NCBI RefSeq assembly: GCF_009914755.1
Contig: NC_060925.1
Reading direction: 5' to 3' (one strand)
Length of the DNA stretch: 64,000 nucleotides
DNA from: the human T2T-CHM13v2.0 reference genome, Homo sapiens
Shown here one piece after another: positions 29,429-49,310 of this stretch (position 1 is its first letter; the number at the start of each line of letters is the position of its first letter). The notes under the pieces were generated by a model. It searched no databases, had not been told where the DNA came from, and worked only from the letters and a program-made list of their open reading frames with translations. The position numbers were made by a program, and so were the translations under genes.

Positions 29429-29707
29429 CTTGTAAAAAAGAAGTTCTGGTTTTGTGGCAAATAGATGGTTACAGTGCTGACACTTGAGTTTAACAACTGT
29501 ATGGGTTAAAGCAACTTGCTGGGATTGTTCAGCAAGAGGTTGGAGGCTGGCTGCAGCAGAGCCACGGATGGAGCTGGGGGAAACGGCAGAGGTGTTACCT
29601 CCTCCTATTGACACTGCTGACCTGGAGGAGGGCGGGCTTACAACCACTTGGCCCTGAGACAGGGGCACCGCCGAAGAGTTTGTTCCTTTTGGCTTGCTAA
29701 ATACATT
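29429..29707 (-). CDS. ZMYM6: ZMYM6 exon 9 (NVFSKPKG...KCQHC...LFYK)
   Basis: TTCAG|AAT, AAG|GTAAA, 279 nt. Confidence 0.93.
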
Positions 29708-30560
29708 CTGAATGAAAACAAATAAGGTAAAGATTTTATCAACTGAGAAATAAGATAACTTTGTACTTTTCATTTCCTCATTTTAATAAATCAAGTCTCC
29801 CACAAACATTTTTTAAAATTTTCTATCTCACAGAAAGAGTTTAAATGGTATATTTCCAGAATAAAAGGACTGAGAAATACAACATTAAAAGGTCAAGGAC
29901 TGGAATTCAGGCTTTCCTGACAAAGACCTCCAGTATATGCCTCTAATAAATTAGAGCAGGCCTCTCCTTCCCCCTAAAACTTCCCCCTACCTGCACTCCC
30001 ATCATCAACCAGCTTCTGATGGCTACTACGACACAATAGCTACCAGCAGTCTCTTTCTCCCTAATGCCAGGGATACTACATCAGGCATGTTCCTACCCTG
30101 GAGATTACTAAACTCTACTCTTTGTGTATGTATTGCAGAGAGGGAGGAGAAAATGGGACAAGTGGATGCTTACAATTCCATGCCAGGAGTCACTGTGTTT
30201 CTGACACAGGATGAGAGGAAGGGGTATGTGAATCCCATCAGGCTACTGTTCTTCACCATACCACCTACCCAAACCACAATCCTAGCTTCCATCTTTTTGA
30301 AGGGGAGAGACCCAAGGGAGAAAGTGGGAGGGAATGACAGTTTAGGCTAGGATCCTAAATAAAGAAGAAACTGCTGAGACCCAATATCTGGGTTCAGATA
30401 TTTTGTAGAAATGACCTGGTTGGGCCCCTGGATGAAACAAATTTTTTTCTTTTTAATTCAAATTTAAACTTTCATAAGAACAGGCCTTCAGCAGTTAACA
30501 CTGTGCCACAGATCGATGCCTAACAGAACCACATGCATAATGTGCTACCTTAGATCATAC

Positions 30561-30676
30561 CTGGAAAGCAACCACACAACTGGAGCTGCAGAAGCTGTAT
30601 ATAGTTCCATTTGACATGGCTAGGTGATACTGAGGGATTGCTGAGGTTTTACAACTATGACATGAAACCTGGACAC
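30561..30676 (-). CDS. ZMYM6: ZMYM6 exon 8 (G-VQVSCHSC...SFCSSSCVVAFQ)
   Basis: CCAAG|GT, CAG|GTATG; MYM finger. Confidence 0.92.
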
Positions 30677-31093
30677 CTTGGTGACAAAAAATTAAAAACA
30701 ATGATTAAGTTATACCAATGAACAAACAATACAAAAATGTATTGGGAGAATGAAAAAATTAAATAATCAATAATATACCAAAAAAATCAAGGAACTTTAT
30801 AAAAATCTGAAATCTAACCACAACTAACCTCTATTAAGTCCCACTTACACAAAAACTAACTTGGAAATTTTAAGTGTTTTTTCTTTCCTCTCACATATGA
30901 AATTATAAAATACTGTATATATTGCAACCAAGAAAATCGGGGAAAAACTATTTTCACATAAAAGTCAGTTATTTAAAAGTCAGTCTTGGGTTTTTATTTA
31001 ACTAAATAGATAAATTTAGCTTGTAACAAAATCAGAGAAAAGCAGTTACGTTTTTCTTCAATAGTTATTAAATCTATAAATTTATCAAATTTA

Positions 31094-31252
<159 letters not shown>

Positions 31253-32311
31253 CTATTAAAATAAAATAACATTAGATACCTAGTACAAACATACATATTT
31301 ACATATTGTTCAAAAAAGTAAAAAGAAAAGCTACCTACAACCACGGTCCTTGGTTGAAATATTTGAGCATGATGATGAAACCACACTATTGGGAGGTGGG
31401 AAAATAAGTTCTTCCAGACAACAATAAAATAGAAACTGAAGAAAATTAGTAACTATTCAGATAGAGATCTTAGCAAACAAAACACATGAATTCAAACACA
31501 AGTAATGAATTAAATAGTCATTACATACTTTTTAATCACCAATAACCAGAGAAGACCAGCTAACCCATGAACCAAAGGGTCATTCTTGGTATAGTCTTGT
31601 ACATCAATCTAGAAGAGTCTACCACCTTTAAGGTTACTTAATTTGTGAGATTCTTTAGCAGGAGATAGAAATGATATTTAATGTATATTAATAGAGATCC
31701 TACACAACTACCTATTTTTCAAGCTGAGTTTCATAATAAAATCTGCTTATAAGTTTATTCATGTTTTAAGAAATAATAAAAATAGCTACCATTTACATAA
31801 CCAATATTATAACTTACTGAATGCTTACCATGAGTCAGGCCCCAGGCTAAGAAATTTATATATAGTGTATCACAGAAACCTTTCAACAACAGAGTGAGGC
31901 GCTCTCAAAAATTACATTAACAAAAAGTTTAAATTAACAGATGAGCAGAAGAAGTAGGAAATTAAACTCATTTCATCAGGCTCCAAAGTTCAGGCTCCTA
32001 ACCACTACACTATGCTGTCAGTGATACATTATAAGGTCTCTCAATATGAAAAGAAATTGTAGGAAAATATAAATTGTGAGGTTTCACTACATAATCTTCC
32101 TAGTAAAAAGACAGAGTACAATACTAGTAACAAAATTAGAAATGGAACTGATTTTGGGATCATATATAAAATAACATGGATTCTTTTCCTGTGAAAGTAG
32201 AACCAGACTGCCAAAAATGGCAAATCTTAAAAAAAGAGATTCTTTTCAGTGATGAATGTCCATATGTCCATTACCAACTGCTCAAAGGAAGCAACAAATC
32301 AAACTTGCTAA

Positions 32312-32611
<300 letters not shown>

Positions 32612-33364
32612 TGACCTCCCAAAGTGCTGGGATTACAGGCGTGAGCCACCGCGCCGGCCTTACAAGATACTTCTTTAAGAAAAACTTTTTAAAACCACAA
32701 ATTAGTAATAATTAAATTGACACAAGGTGATAATATTTAGTAACCGGCTTAATCCATTATTCATTACAATAAATAAAATTACTTGAAGTATTCTCATGAG
32801 ACAGTGTTGACCAAATAATTACAATTCATTCCCAAACACATTTTGAAATGAAAAAGACAAGCTTTGTTTAGATTCACTGATTTTATCATCTTAACTCTTG
32901 CTTATGGTTTATTTATAATATGGTTTTCTTGCTATCAATACATCACAAAATATTTCATGCTCACAGAAAATCATGAAATTACATTTATGAGGCCGAGGTG
33001 TGGTTGCTCATGCCTGTAATCCCGGCACTTTGGGAGGCTGAGGCGAGTGGATGGCTTGAGCTCAGGAGTTCAACACCGGCCTGAGCAACATGGCAAAACC
33101 CTATCTCGATTTCAAAAAAAGAAAAGAAATCACATTTGTAAATTCTTAGCTATGAAGGGAGCCTTAAAAAAGGGACCTATTTTACCTATATCAACTTACC
33201 ACCACAATCATCCCTCACACCATCAGAATCTATCCCATTTTCTGGAAGGGAAATCACATATCAGGATGGACTAATGGGAGGAGCTCACTCTCATTTTGTA
33301 GTTCATCCCTGTGCAGCCAAATCAGAAGGAGTGGGCCTAAGTACATGCAACAAATAGATATTCA

Positions 33365-33559
<195 letters not shown>

Positions 33560-33625
33560 CTAGGAAATAAACACACACATACACACACAAAATAAGCAGA
33601 GCCAGTTAAAAAAAAATCTCTTTCA

Positions 33626-33988
<363 letters not shown>

Positions 33989-34177
33989 TTATCAGGTGAG
34001 TGACAATGAATGATGTAATTACTATCTCAATTTCTTCATGTATAAAATGGGGCTTATAATATCTAATTCATAAATTTGTCAAGAGTGAATTATATTTAAA
34101 ATATAGCCAGCCAGGGCCAGGTGCGGTGGTTCATGCATGTAATCCCATCACTTTGGGAGGCCGAGGTGGGCGGATCA

Positions 34178-34495
<318 letters not shown>

Positions 34496-35561
34496 CTATA
34501 GCCAATGGGACCAGTGTCCATCCCACAACTCCAGACCACAAGACACTGGTTCTCTCATTAGCCAGAGGCTGCCCAAAGTAGAACTGAAATGAGACAATAA
34601 ATGAATTTTTTCTTTCTTTTTTTTTTTTTTTTTTGTGAGACGGAGTCTCGCTCTGCTGCCCAGGCTGGAGTGCAGTGTCACGATCTCGGCTCACTGCAAT
34701 CTCCACCTCCTGGGTTCAAGCGATCCTCCTGTCTCAGCCTCCGGTTCGAGTAGCTGGGACACCAGCACGTGCCACCATGCCAGGCTAATTTTTGTATTTT
34801 TAGTACAGACGGGGTTTCGCCATATTGGCCACGCTGGTCTCAAATTCCTGACCTCGCGATCCGCCTGCGTCAGCCTCCCAAAGTGTTGGGATTACAGGCA
34901 TAAGCCACCGTGTCCAGCCAAGACAATAAATGAATGTTTAAAAATTAAAAGTGCAAGATTTTGAGAAACAAATGAGCTAACAGAAGACAAAAAATAAGCA
35001 TGATATATGACAAAAGGGCTGTTAAGGCTTTGTATCAGAGGACAGATGGAAACAAGAACGAGACAGGAAGAACAAAAATAATTGGGTGGTTCTGTGAGAC
35101 TCCTAGAGCCAATTTGTAAGAGCTAATTATTGCAATAAGCACAAATAGCAATACCCTGGTAAAACAGAGGTTAAGTATTGCCATTCTTCTGACAAGTATA
35201 AAAACTAAAGGAAATAGTCACTAATTATAAACACTAGTGCAGGCCACAAAGTAAATAATAATGGCAATAATATATACTACAATAAGTGTGTTGAGTAATT
35301 ACTATGTGCCAAGCATTATTCTCTTTACTCAAATTACCCAATTTAAATACCACAAAAATGATGGAGTGCAGTGGCTCACCCCCATAATCCTAGCACTTTG
35401 GAAGGCCAAGGCAGAAGGATTGCTTGAGCCCAGGGAGTTCAAGACTCCAGTGAGCCATGATCATGCCACTGCACTCCAGCCTGGGCAACAGAGCAAGACC
35501 CGATCTCTATAAAAAAAATTTTTTAATTAGCAGGGCATGCTGGCTCATGCCCATGGTCTCA

Positions 35562-35786
<225 letters not shown>

Positions 35787-37941
35787 CTAGTAGGCAATAA
35801 AGCTGAAATACTAATCCAGGCAATCTGATTCTAGTCTATGGAATTAATTATTCCACTATCCTGCCTCCCATCCTGCACCTTTATTATACAGGTATATTCA
35901 ATGGTAAACCATGAGAAAATAACAACAACAAAAATTATTTTAATTCTTTAAAACTCAACTTTAAAAATATGACAGCAAATCTTAGAAACCAAAAGAATAT
36001 GCTTATACACAGATGAAGTATTAATTTTGAAAAGTGATTTTTCTACTGAAAACAGAGCAATAAAGAGTTTCACTTAATAAGGTGAATCTGCCAGTGGCAT
36101 AATAAGTACAAAAATAGCAAGTAAAAATATGTAAATCAAAGAGAATGACTTTATAATGAAAATCTGTGCACATAAATTATAAGTGTACTCTGAACCTTAC
36201 ACATGCAAATGAGTGTTATATCGTAACATTTACCGTAGAAAAACCACACCTTCCAACAATAACATAGCTCAAAACATTTTTCTAATTTTTTTAAGATAAA
36301 ACTTAAGATAAACCCTTAGACTATTTTTTAACTTTTAATTTTATAAATATCATGTTTTAACAGTATGACTTAATTTAATTAGCTAATATATTGGCCTGAT
36401 TAAGGTATCAAGCAGCCTTTGAAAATTTGTAAAAATCAAATGCATGCTGAAAAGATAAGAATCTGTCTCCTAACCTTATGCTAAAAAGTCACTGACGGGG
36501 GTGACTACTTTTAAGAAAACAATAGGCATTTGGATGTATAAGTTGTGTTATGTTCTTTAAAATTATTTAATTTTATTTTGGTATTTGGTATGTTGAAACA
36601 ATATCTAAAAATAGAAAACTAAGTTTACTCTTTCAGATTAGTTTCATGAGAATGACATAAAAGCATTAATTAGAATGGTATTTTGCAACAAACTAATTTA
36701 GAGTATATAAATATTTTAAAATTCCTCTCTCCTGGCCACATGTGATGGCTCACACCAATAGTCCCAGCACTTTAGGAGGCTGAGGCAGGCTAATTGCTTG
36801 AGCCCAGGAGTTTGAGACCAGCCTGGGCAACATAGCAAAACCATCTCTACAAAAAAATACAAAAATTAGTCGGGCATGGTGGTATGCGCCTGTGGTCCCA
36901 GCTATTTGAAAGGCTGAGGTGGGAGGATCATCTGAGCCCGGGGAGTTCAAGGCTGCAGTGAGCTGTGATCACTCTACCATGGGCAACAAAGAAAAAAAAA
37001 AATCCTCTCTCCTCTTTACTTGGAAATTTCCATATAGCAGGATCTACTTTTAAATAGTTTAAGTCAAGACACAAAGCAGATAAACACAGCCAAAGACAAA
37101 ATAGGGGCCTACAAGTGATATGTTAAGTATACATAGTAATATGTATTATATACACATATATTTATTATATTTATTTATGTTAATTATAAATAATCGCACG
37201 ATATAATTTTTATTATTAATAATAACAGGATTCCATTTTTTAAGTACTTGCTATGTGCTAGGCCATTTGCTAACACTGTCTCATTAAAGTCCTAGGAAGC
37301 AACTATTATTTACTGATGAGAAATGGAGGCTTAGAAAGTTAAACATCTAGCCCGAAGTCACAGAGATAAATGACAGAGCCACAATTTAAAAGCAAGCTCT
37401 TACTGTTTTTTGCCTGTAGTGACTATTAACAACACACTGTATTCCTCAAATTACACTACCACAGAAATAGGCAAAATATGCCAAATCCTTCAAATGTACT
37501 AAGTCAGGGAAAGATTTATGTGACTTTGTTGCTGTTTTTTCCTCTCTCTGCATCTAAGCATTATTGTAAAGCAACAATGACCCCACAAGGACATTAGAAA
37601 TAAACACATTTTTGCGACCATGTAGAGTTTTTACTTTTTAAAGAATTAAATAGCTTTTGTATACTATTAAAAGAGTGATATTATTTTATGCTATACCCAA
37701 TAGCTTTCAAGATAACTGTTAAATAAATTTAAATGGTGGGTGTCTACAATTACAGGATAGTCCTGCAATTCCCACATGTCATTTGTTATTTCTTTCCATA
37801 GTAAAATTTAAAGTGATAGAAAACTGGTTTAGGCAATATTCTAACACCAAGTCACTTATTTAATGTTGCAAAACTTTAAAATTGGTGAATTCTTCCATTA
37901 ACTAAAAAGTTATTTCTACAGATACATGCTGAAGAGATTTA

Positions 37942-38298
<357 letters not shown>

Positions 38299-38709
38299 TT
38301 AGTATCAATACTAATGCATATACAGTCTCAGTCTCTCTCTCTCTCTCTCTTTTTTCTTTTTCTGAGACACGGTCTCACTGTCACCCAGGCTGGAGTGCAG
38401 TGGTGCAATCAAGGCTCACTGAAGCCTCAAACTCCCAGGATTAACCAGTCCTCCCGCCTCAGCCTCTTGAGTAGCTAGGACTACAGGCACATGCCACCAC
38501 ACCCAGCTAATTTTTTTTTAATTTTTAGCAAAGATAAGGTATGTTGCCCAGACTGGTCTCAAACACCTGAGCTCAAGCGATCCTCCTGCCTCAGCCTCCC
38601 AAGTTGCTGAGATTACAGGTGTTAGCCACTAAACCCAGCCCAGTCTCTCTTTTTCAGGACAAATTCCCAATCTTGAAATCCAGTTAATGAGGCAATAAGA
38701 GCTCTAAAA

Positions 38710-38948
38710 CAGAGGTTTCAATTTTTTTTTAACCATTACTCAACGCAAGAAATACATTTAATATTATAACCCAGTTCTCACATACATATGTTTGTAAACG
38801 TGGGGATGTATGTACAATTTAATCACTGAAACAGAAGTTTTATGAAACAATATGTTTCCTTACTACACATATCATATTCTGATATAATCTTACTCTATTT
38901 TTTAAAACGCTGCTGAAAACCAGCTACTCACAGTTTGAAAAAACACAG
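38710..38948. mobile_element. hAT-Charlie MITE (subfamily not assigned) with 8-bp TSD
   Basis: Termini cagaggtttcaa...tttgaaaaaacacag, flanked by ctcTAaaa and ctcTAaag. Confidence 0.65.
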
Positions 38949-39053
38949 CTCTAAAGAAAGAGAAAGACATACATGAAAAGATGCTTTCCCTCAATTTTAA
39001 AAGTCAGAATAAGCAAATTAATTGTAACTAACTTATACAGTTCCATTTCTTAC

Positions 39054-39138
39054 CAATAGGTCTCTCATTAACTGAAGACACACCACCAATTTTCAATTTA
39101 CTTTCTTGAGTTTTTGGCTGTTGGACACATCCATACTC
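39054..39138 (-). CDS. ZMYM6: ZMYM6 exon 3 (EYGCVQQ...NERPI)
   Basis: Long polypyrimidine tract plus AAAG|GAG, G|GTAAG. Confidence 0.92.
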
Positions 39139-39193
39139 CTTTAAAAAAAAAAAGAAAAGAGAAAAGAGCAATGAATACAATGTATGTAAGTAA

Positions 39194-39522
<329 letters not shown>

Positions 39523-39806
39523 TGAGCCACCACACCCGGCCCTATTCATCTCTTAAACAGTCTAATCATAAATACCTTCACAAGCACCTCAAAAGTCAAA
39601 ATTTACAAGTTATTACACTAATCTTTACAAAGACAATCTTTCAGAATTAGAGAATCTTTTAAAATACTTTTATCTACTTTTCAAATGAAATTTTGATATA
39701 TGGGAGTAATACATAGCTATTCCAAATGCTGAGCACTACCTATTTTTTAGGTAGTGTGTTTAAAAGGGGGTAATAAATGAAAAAAAAAATTTTTTTTTTT
39801 TTTTGA

Positions 39807-40424
<618 letters not shown>

Positions 40425-41046
40425 TCATTATACATAAAATCATCACAGACAAAATCCTATTTATTCTTACCACATTCTTTAAAACGTTTTAAAACAAAAT
40501 GTAATCATGAAACATTTTTAAAATGTAAATGCCTATCTTTATTCTGAAATTGCAACCATCCTTTTTTTTAATGTTAAAATACCCTTACATATTTCAAAAC
40601 AGGAAGTTTTTTAAAAAGTCTTACTTTTCTGAATCAATGATGGTAATAAATGGCAGTTGTATTTTTAATCTCTCCACACATAGCAAAATAAATGAGTAGC
40701 TATGTTAGTTCCAAAGTTACTTTAGAAATTTCTTTAGACTATTAAATGCCAAAAACTAGGAACCATTGCATTAATTCACCACTTCCCATGATATGTATTA
40801 TGAGCACCCAAAGAGGTGCTCTCTATAAGATATGCCTTCTTTATAGATGAGGAAAGTGAAGCTAAGAGATGTTCAGCAACTTGCCCAAGGTCACAAAGAG
40901 ACTACGTGCACAGATGGGAATCAAACCCAGTCTCTCTGTTTTGTTTTTTTTTTCTTTTTGAGACGGAGTCTCGCTCTGTAGCCCAGGCTGGAGTGCAATG
41001 GTGCCATCTCGGCTCACTGCAACCTCTCCCTCCCGGGTTCAAGTGA

Positions 41047-41247
<201 letters not shown>

Positions 41248-42909
41248 TAAAACCCAAGATAGCACTGTCATAGATGTGAAAATATAAAGTAATTACTACA
41301 ATGAATTCAAACTCTGGTCCAACTGAAATTAAGTTCCCCTGTTGCAGTAGTCTCTCCCATCTCCTTTCTCTCACAGCAGTTACCATAGTAAATCATTTCA
41401 TTGCTTATTTGGATAATTTGATTAATGCTTAACATTCATCCTTCCCCCTACACACACATTAGACTAAAAAGATCACATCCATTATGGACAATACCTGTTT
41501 TTCTCACCCCTGTATACCCAATCGCCCAACACAGTCAACATAACAGTAATGACTATAGGTTCTAACAGCAGACAGAAACAGATATGATCTTGACTCCTAA
41601 ACAAGCTATTTAATCTTTCTTAGTTTCAATTTCTTTATCTGTAAAATAAAGATAATATTACCTAACCCATAGGGCCAACGGGGAGGGAGGGGGCAAATGA
41701 CTTAATATAAATAAGGTATACAGAATGACATCTTACAGTTAGTCAAAAGCAAGCACGATATGTACACAAAATGCTAGTTCTTTTTTTTTTTCTTTTGAGA
41801 TGGAGTTTCGCTCTTGTTGCCCAGGCTGGAGTGCAATGGCGGATCTCAGCTCACCACAACCTCCACCTCCAGGGTTCAATCGATTCTCCTCCCTCGGCCT
41901 CCCCAGTAGCTGGGATTACAGGCATGCGCCACCACGCCTGGCTAATTTTGTATTTTTAGTAGAGACGGGGTTTCTCCATGTTGGTCAGGCTGGTCTCGAA
42001 CTCCTGACCTCAGGTGATCTGCCCGCCTTGGCCTCCCAGAGTGCTGGGAGTACAGGCGTGAGCCACTGCACCTGGCCAAAATGCTAGTTCTCATACTTAT
42101 TTATTAGTTTCATAACTGGCATTTAATAAATACTTGCTAAATGAAGGAATCTAAGTCTATTCAATCCAAAGTGCATGTTCTTAAACATTATACTTAAATA
42201 ACAATATTTATTGACACTTGCAAAATGAAGAGGACATTAAAAATATTATATACATCTTCAAATTACCAAAATGAGTGTTTAAGATTCAATAAAATTTTTT
42301 TTTTTTTTTTGGAGACAGAATCTCGCTCTGTCACCCATGCTGGAATGCAGTGGACGATCTCGGCTCACTACAAGCTCCGCCTCCCAGGTTCACGACATTC
42401 TCCTGCCTCAGCCTCCGGAGTAGCTGGGACTACAGGCGCCCACCACCATGCCTGGCTAATTTTTTTGTATTTTTAGTAGAGACGGGGTTTCACCGTGTTA
42501 GCCAGGATGGTCTCGATCTCCTGACCTCGTGATCTGCCCGTCTCGGCCTCCCAAAGTGCTGGGATTATAGGCATGAGCCACCGCGCCCGGCCAGATTCAA
42601 TAAAAATTTCTTTGCCTTATCAACTCAATTTCTAAAATTTTTCTAGTATTTCTGTTATATTTCCCTGACCAGTTTCTTTTACCTCACAAAGTAATTTTTC
42701 TAAACCTTCATAGCTCACGAGTCCCAACTCCACATCTTTCCTGCTCATTGATGTTTCAATTGCACCAGGTAAAAACAAGTAACTAAGAACTCCCTCAACA
42801 TCCCTCAGCCCCCTCCACCTTACCTACAAATTGCTCAGCAAACTGTCCTGCTATCTTACAGGAAAAGGAAACCTTCTTTTTAGCTATAGCTGAAATAGTG
42901 CTATTTTAG

Positions 42910-43018
42910 AATAATTATGTTCCAAGTATTGCAAGCAATACACTTATAGTAAAAATCACCATTGTTTATTTGATAGTCAAATTTAACCTGGCATCCTGTA
43001 TTTTATCTGGAAGCCCTA
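42910..43018. mobile_element. MER53-like hAT fragment
   Basis: attgtttatttgatagtcaaatttaacctggcatcctgtattttatctggaagcccta. Confidence 0.6.
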
Positions 43019-43474
43019 CATCTCCAAGTAGATAACTTTCTAATCTCAAATCCCAGATTTTTATGTGCAAATGCCTCCTTGTGCAGTTTACCACTTGAAT
43101 GTCCCACAAGCCCTTTAAACACAACAGACCTCAAACTGCACTTAGTACTTCCTCCAAAATCCTGTTCTAACCCCTCAGTAAATGGTATCACCATAAACCC
43201 CAAAACCTGTAAGTATCCTTGGACTCCTCTTTGACCTTCACACCCATAAACAATCTCTAAATTTGATCAATCCTACCTAACCATTTTTAAATCTATTATC
43301 TTTTCCCACTTTATTGTTGATACTCAACTATTAAACACACCACATTCTCTCACCCCTCCATGACGTGGCTATTTTCTCTGCTATATTTTCTCTGTCTGAA
43401 ACTCTTAGTCAATTTTTATAATACAATTGCTACCTGCTATGTGAAACCTTCCTCTCCTTCCCATATAGATTTAG

Positions 43475-44215
<741 letters not shown>

Positions 44216-44399
44216 TTAGGTTTAAATGAGAATGCATAAGATATGCTTAGCATAGCTTCTCACAAGGCACAGTCACTCAACAAATATTACTTCTCTCATT
44301 CTCATAACTTTTCTCTCCATTACACTATCAATTACCTTGAGAGCAGAAGTCCTATCTTTTCATCTCTGTAGCCTTTCTGAAAACAAAGTAACTAATACA

Positions 44400-44815
<416 letters not shown>

Positions 44816-46142
44816 TGAGTAGCTGGGATGACAGGCGCCCACCACCGCGCCCGGCTAATTGTTGTATTTTTAGTAGAGACAGGGTTTCACCAGGTTGGCC
44901 AGGGTGGTCTTGAACTCCTGACCTCAAGGGATCTGCCCACCTCAGCCTCCCAAACTGCTGGGGTTACAGGCACAAGCCACCGCGCCTGGCCTTCAACTAT
45001 AATTTTAATATCCAGAACAAACTCTTAGAAAATCAGAAAATAAAAAACATTTTTATTTATCTCTTATTTTCCAATATTCAAAGGAGATTCATCAATGCAA
45101 CATAGAAAATAATACACAATTTGTTCAATTGGCTTTTCAATCATAGTCTATACCCTCAATCATGAAAAAATATAGCCTATTCACCTGAAAACATTAATAT
45201 AAACCAAAGACAACTGAGCAGTTCCTACCCTCTTAAATATACAATCTAAGCTGCTAGGGAGATTTCCATTATCACAATTTTTATATTCAGAAAGAACATT
45301 GAATTAACTTAAAGCACATTATTTGTTAAGTGTATAGGCAAGGTATAATGAAAGAAATATTGCATCTGGAGTAACAACAAACTGTTGTATCCCAGTTTTA
45401 CCATGAGACACTGGTGAAGTCACTTATTCCTTCAGGTTCAGCTTCCTTATATGTGAAAGAGGCTCTTTTATTCCAATTATTGAACATGTACTTTGTGCCA
45501 AATCCTGTGCTAGGAATTGGAGATTCAGGTCAATAAGACCAATTTCTGACTTCAGAGAGACTGCAGTCTAGTGTGTCAATGAAAGATGAGGAGGAGATGG
45601 CCAGATTAGTATAATCAGTATGAAGACAAAATTCATTGACCTGTAGATACCATAATAAAAGTGATTGCACTATACAATTAAAAAAAAGAGAGAGAGAACA
45701 GCTCATTCTACTTGTGAGTGAGAAACTTCATCTTAAAAGAGGACAAAATTTTGCCAGCCTACCTAGCTTATTTCTTCTTCCACCGGCACAAGAAATGGCA
45801 GGTGCAAAGGCAGGGAAATAAAATGCAACCGAGTTTTAGAAGATAGTTTTGAGTGAACTGCAAATAGCTGGCAGCAGCATAGATTTGAAAAGGTGGAAAC
45901 AATGAATGATGACACTGGAGAGGGAAACAAAGGCCTAAACATGGATGGTTTGGATGTCACATTGAAAGATCTTTGCTTCATCACACTGGAGGAAACAGGG
46001 TCTTTAAAGGGAGAAATATCACTCGATCTATACAGTACAATGGCATCACTGTAGAGTGTTTTGATGGGATATGTGACTGAAGGAAGGAGAATAGGTAGGA
46101 AACTATTATAAAAGTCCAAATGAAAAATAATGAAATAGTTCA

Positions 46143-46295
<153 letters not shown>

Positions 46296-46821
46296 CTACC
46301 TGGGAGGCTGAGATGGGAGGATCGTTTAGAGTGCAGTGGCCATACTCACACCACTGCACTCCAGTATGGGCAACAAAGTGAGACCCTGTCTCAAAAAAAG
46401 GAAACAAAAAAAAGAGAGAGAGAAATAATGAAATATAGAAGAACATCATGGGTCAGATACAAAAAATATTTAAAAGCTAAAAACCACAAAACCTGGCAAA
46501 GAAATGGTTACTTTAGGCAGAGAAAGAGTAAGAATTTACCATCTGGAGGGAAAACAAGTAGCATGGATGCCACCATCCCCCACTCCACATCTAACAGACA
46601 CTACCTCAGAACTCTTCTTAGCCCAGCACTCTAGCAAGGCATAGAGTTCATGAGTGAAACAAAACCTACCTGACATCCCTGTCTTCTTATGATACTGCCT
46701 GTGGCTGGGCATGGTGGCTTACAACCATAATCCCAGCACTTTGAGAAGCCGAGGTGGGCAGAGCACTTGAGGTCAGGAGTTTTGAGACCAATCTGGCCAA
46801 CATGGCGAAACCCAGTCTCTA

Positions 46822-47053
<232 letters not shown>

Positions 47054-47105
47054 TTAAAATATAATTGCTTTGCTGATACAATAAAGTCAATAACTTTGAG
47101 TGTAA

Positions 47106-47375
<270 letters not shown>

Positions 47376-48757
47376 TAGCCAGGATGGTCTCGATCTCCTG
47401 ACCTCGTGATCTGCCTGCCTTGGCCTCCCAAAGTGCTAGGATTACAGACGTGAGCCACTGTGCCCAGCCTCCACATTGATTTCCGTGCTCTCCATTCTGG
47501 GTCCCTATGGGGTAGCCAGAATGATCTTTCCAAACACAAATCTGTTTCATCTTACTTTCTCACTTAAAACCCTACAATTGGCCAGGTGTGGTGGCTCACG
47601 CCTGTAATCCTAGCACTTTGGGAGGCTGAGGTGGGTGGATCACCTGAGGTCAGGAGTTTGAAACCAGCCTAGCCAACATGGTGAAACCCCGTCTCTACTA
47701 AAAATACAAAAAATTAGCCAGGCGTGGTGGCAGGCGCCTATAATCCCAGCTACTGGGGAGGCTGAGGCAGGAGAATCACTTGAACCCGGGATGTGAAAGT
47801 TGCAGTGAGCCACCAAGATTACAACATTGCAGCAAAACTCCATCTCAAAACAAAAACAAAAAACCCTATAATGGCTATCTACTGCTCTTAGGATAAAAAC
47901 CAAAATTTATAACAAGGTCTGCTACGTCCTACATAATCCAGCCTTAAACTATATATACAGCCTTATCATAGAGAAGCAGAATAGCACAAGTTCTGGAGTC
48001 TGACCACCTGGATTTGAATCCAGTCTTTGTCATTTACTACTAACTGTGATCTGTGGTAAACTATTTGGCTTTTTTGAGCTTTGGTTTCCTCATCTGTAAA
48101 ATGGGGATAATAATATGGTGGTAAGAATGGTGCCTGACACACTCTTAAGCATATATAAATATTAAGTTAATAATGTCACATATGATTATGATATAATATA
48201 TACTACATACTGATATACTAATGCCAGCTATTTTTATTGTTGTTGTTTTAATCATTATCATCATCACCATTTTCATACCTTTTCTGTTCCAGGCTCACTG
48301 TTCCTGCAGGTCTTAAAAAGAACCATGCATCTTTCCAACTCAGGGCTTTCCTATTCACAGTTCCCTCTGTCTGTAATACTCTTCTCCATACCCTTTGCCT
48401 AATCAATTCATTCTTCATAATTCAGCTTACACATCCTTCCCTTAGAGAGGCCTTCCCTAGCCATCCCCAGGCAGACCACAACCAAAACTAGGTCAGATTC
48501 CCCATTTTAGGCTTTTCTTCCAGAGTACTTGTCATAGTTTGTAATTATATATATTACTTGACCAATACTTTTGTAATCTCTGCCTCCTCTACTAACATAT
48601 AAGCTCTACAAGGGAAGGGACTAAGCTGACTTTGCTCAATCCTGGATCCCCAGAGACTAGCACAGACCACAAATTCTTAACAGAATAAAGGAAAGTACTA
48701 CCAGATACAAGAGAATTTTTTTTAAGTGACAAGTATGGAAAAATGGTAAATATATTA

Positions 48758-49071
<314 letters not shown>

Positions 49072-49217
49072 CTACACCCTCAGCGACAGCGAGAGCCTGT
49101 CTCAGTTTGGGTTATTTTAAACTTACAAACCAGAAGCCGTTTAACTAAAATTTTTCAGTTGACCAGATGGAAAAGAAGGAATTTTTTTAAATTTTTAAAT
49201 GAAGATGAAATGCTTAC

Positions 49218-49310
49218 TTGAGCATTGTCTGGTTCTTCTTTAATTTTGTCCAGAAGCTCCTGCTGTGGTACCACTGCTTTGCCACATTCACCATCCAAAG
49301 GTTCTTTCAT
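49218..49310 (-). CDS. ZMYM6: ZMYM6 first coding part of exon 2 (MKEPLDGECG...KIKEEPDNAQ); exon 2 spans 49218-49384
   Basis: ATG at 49310, donor CAA|GTAAG, acceptor TTTTAG|GT at 49385; total spliced CDS 3978 nt = 1325 aa. Confidence 0.92.
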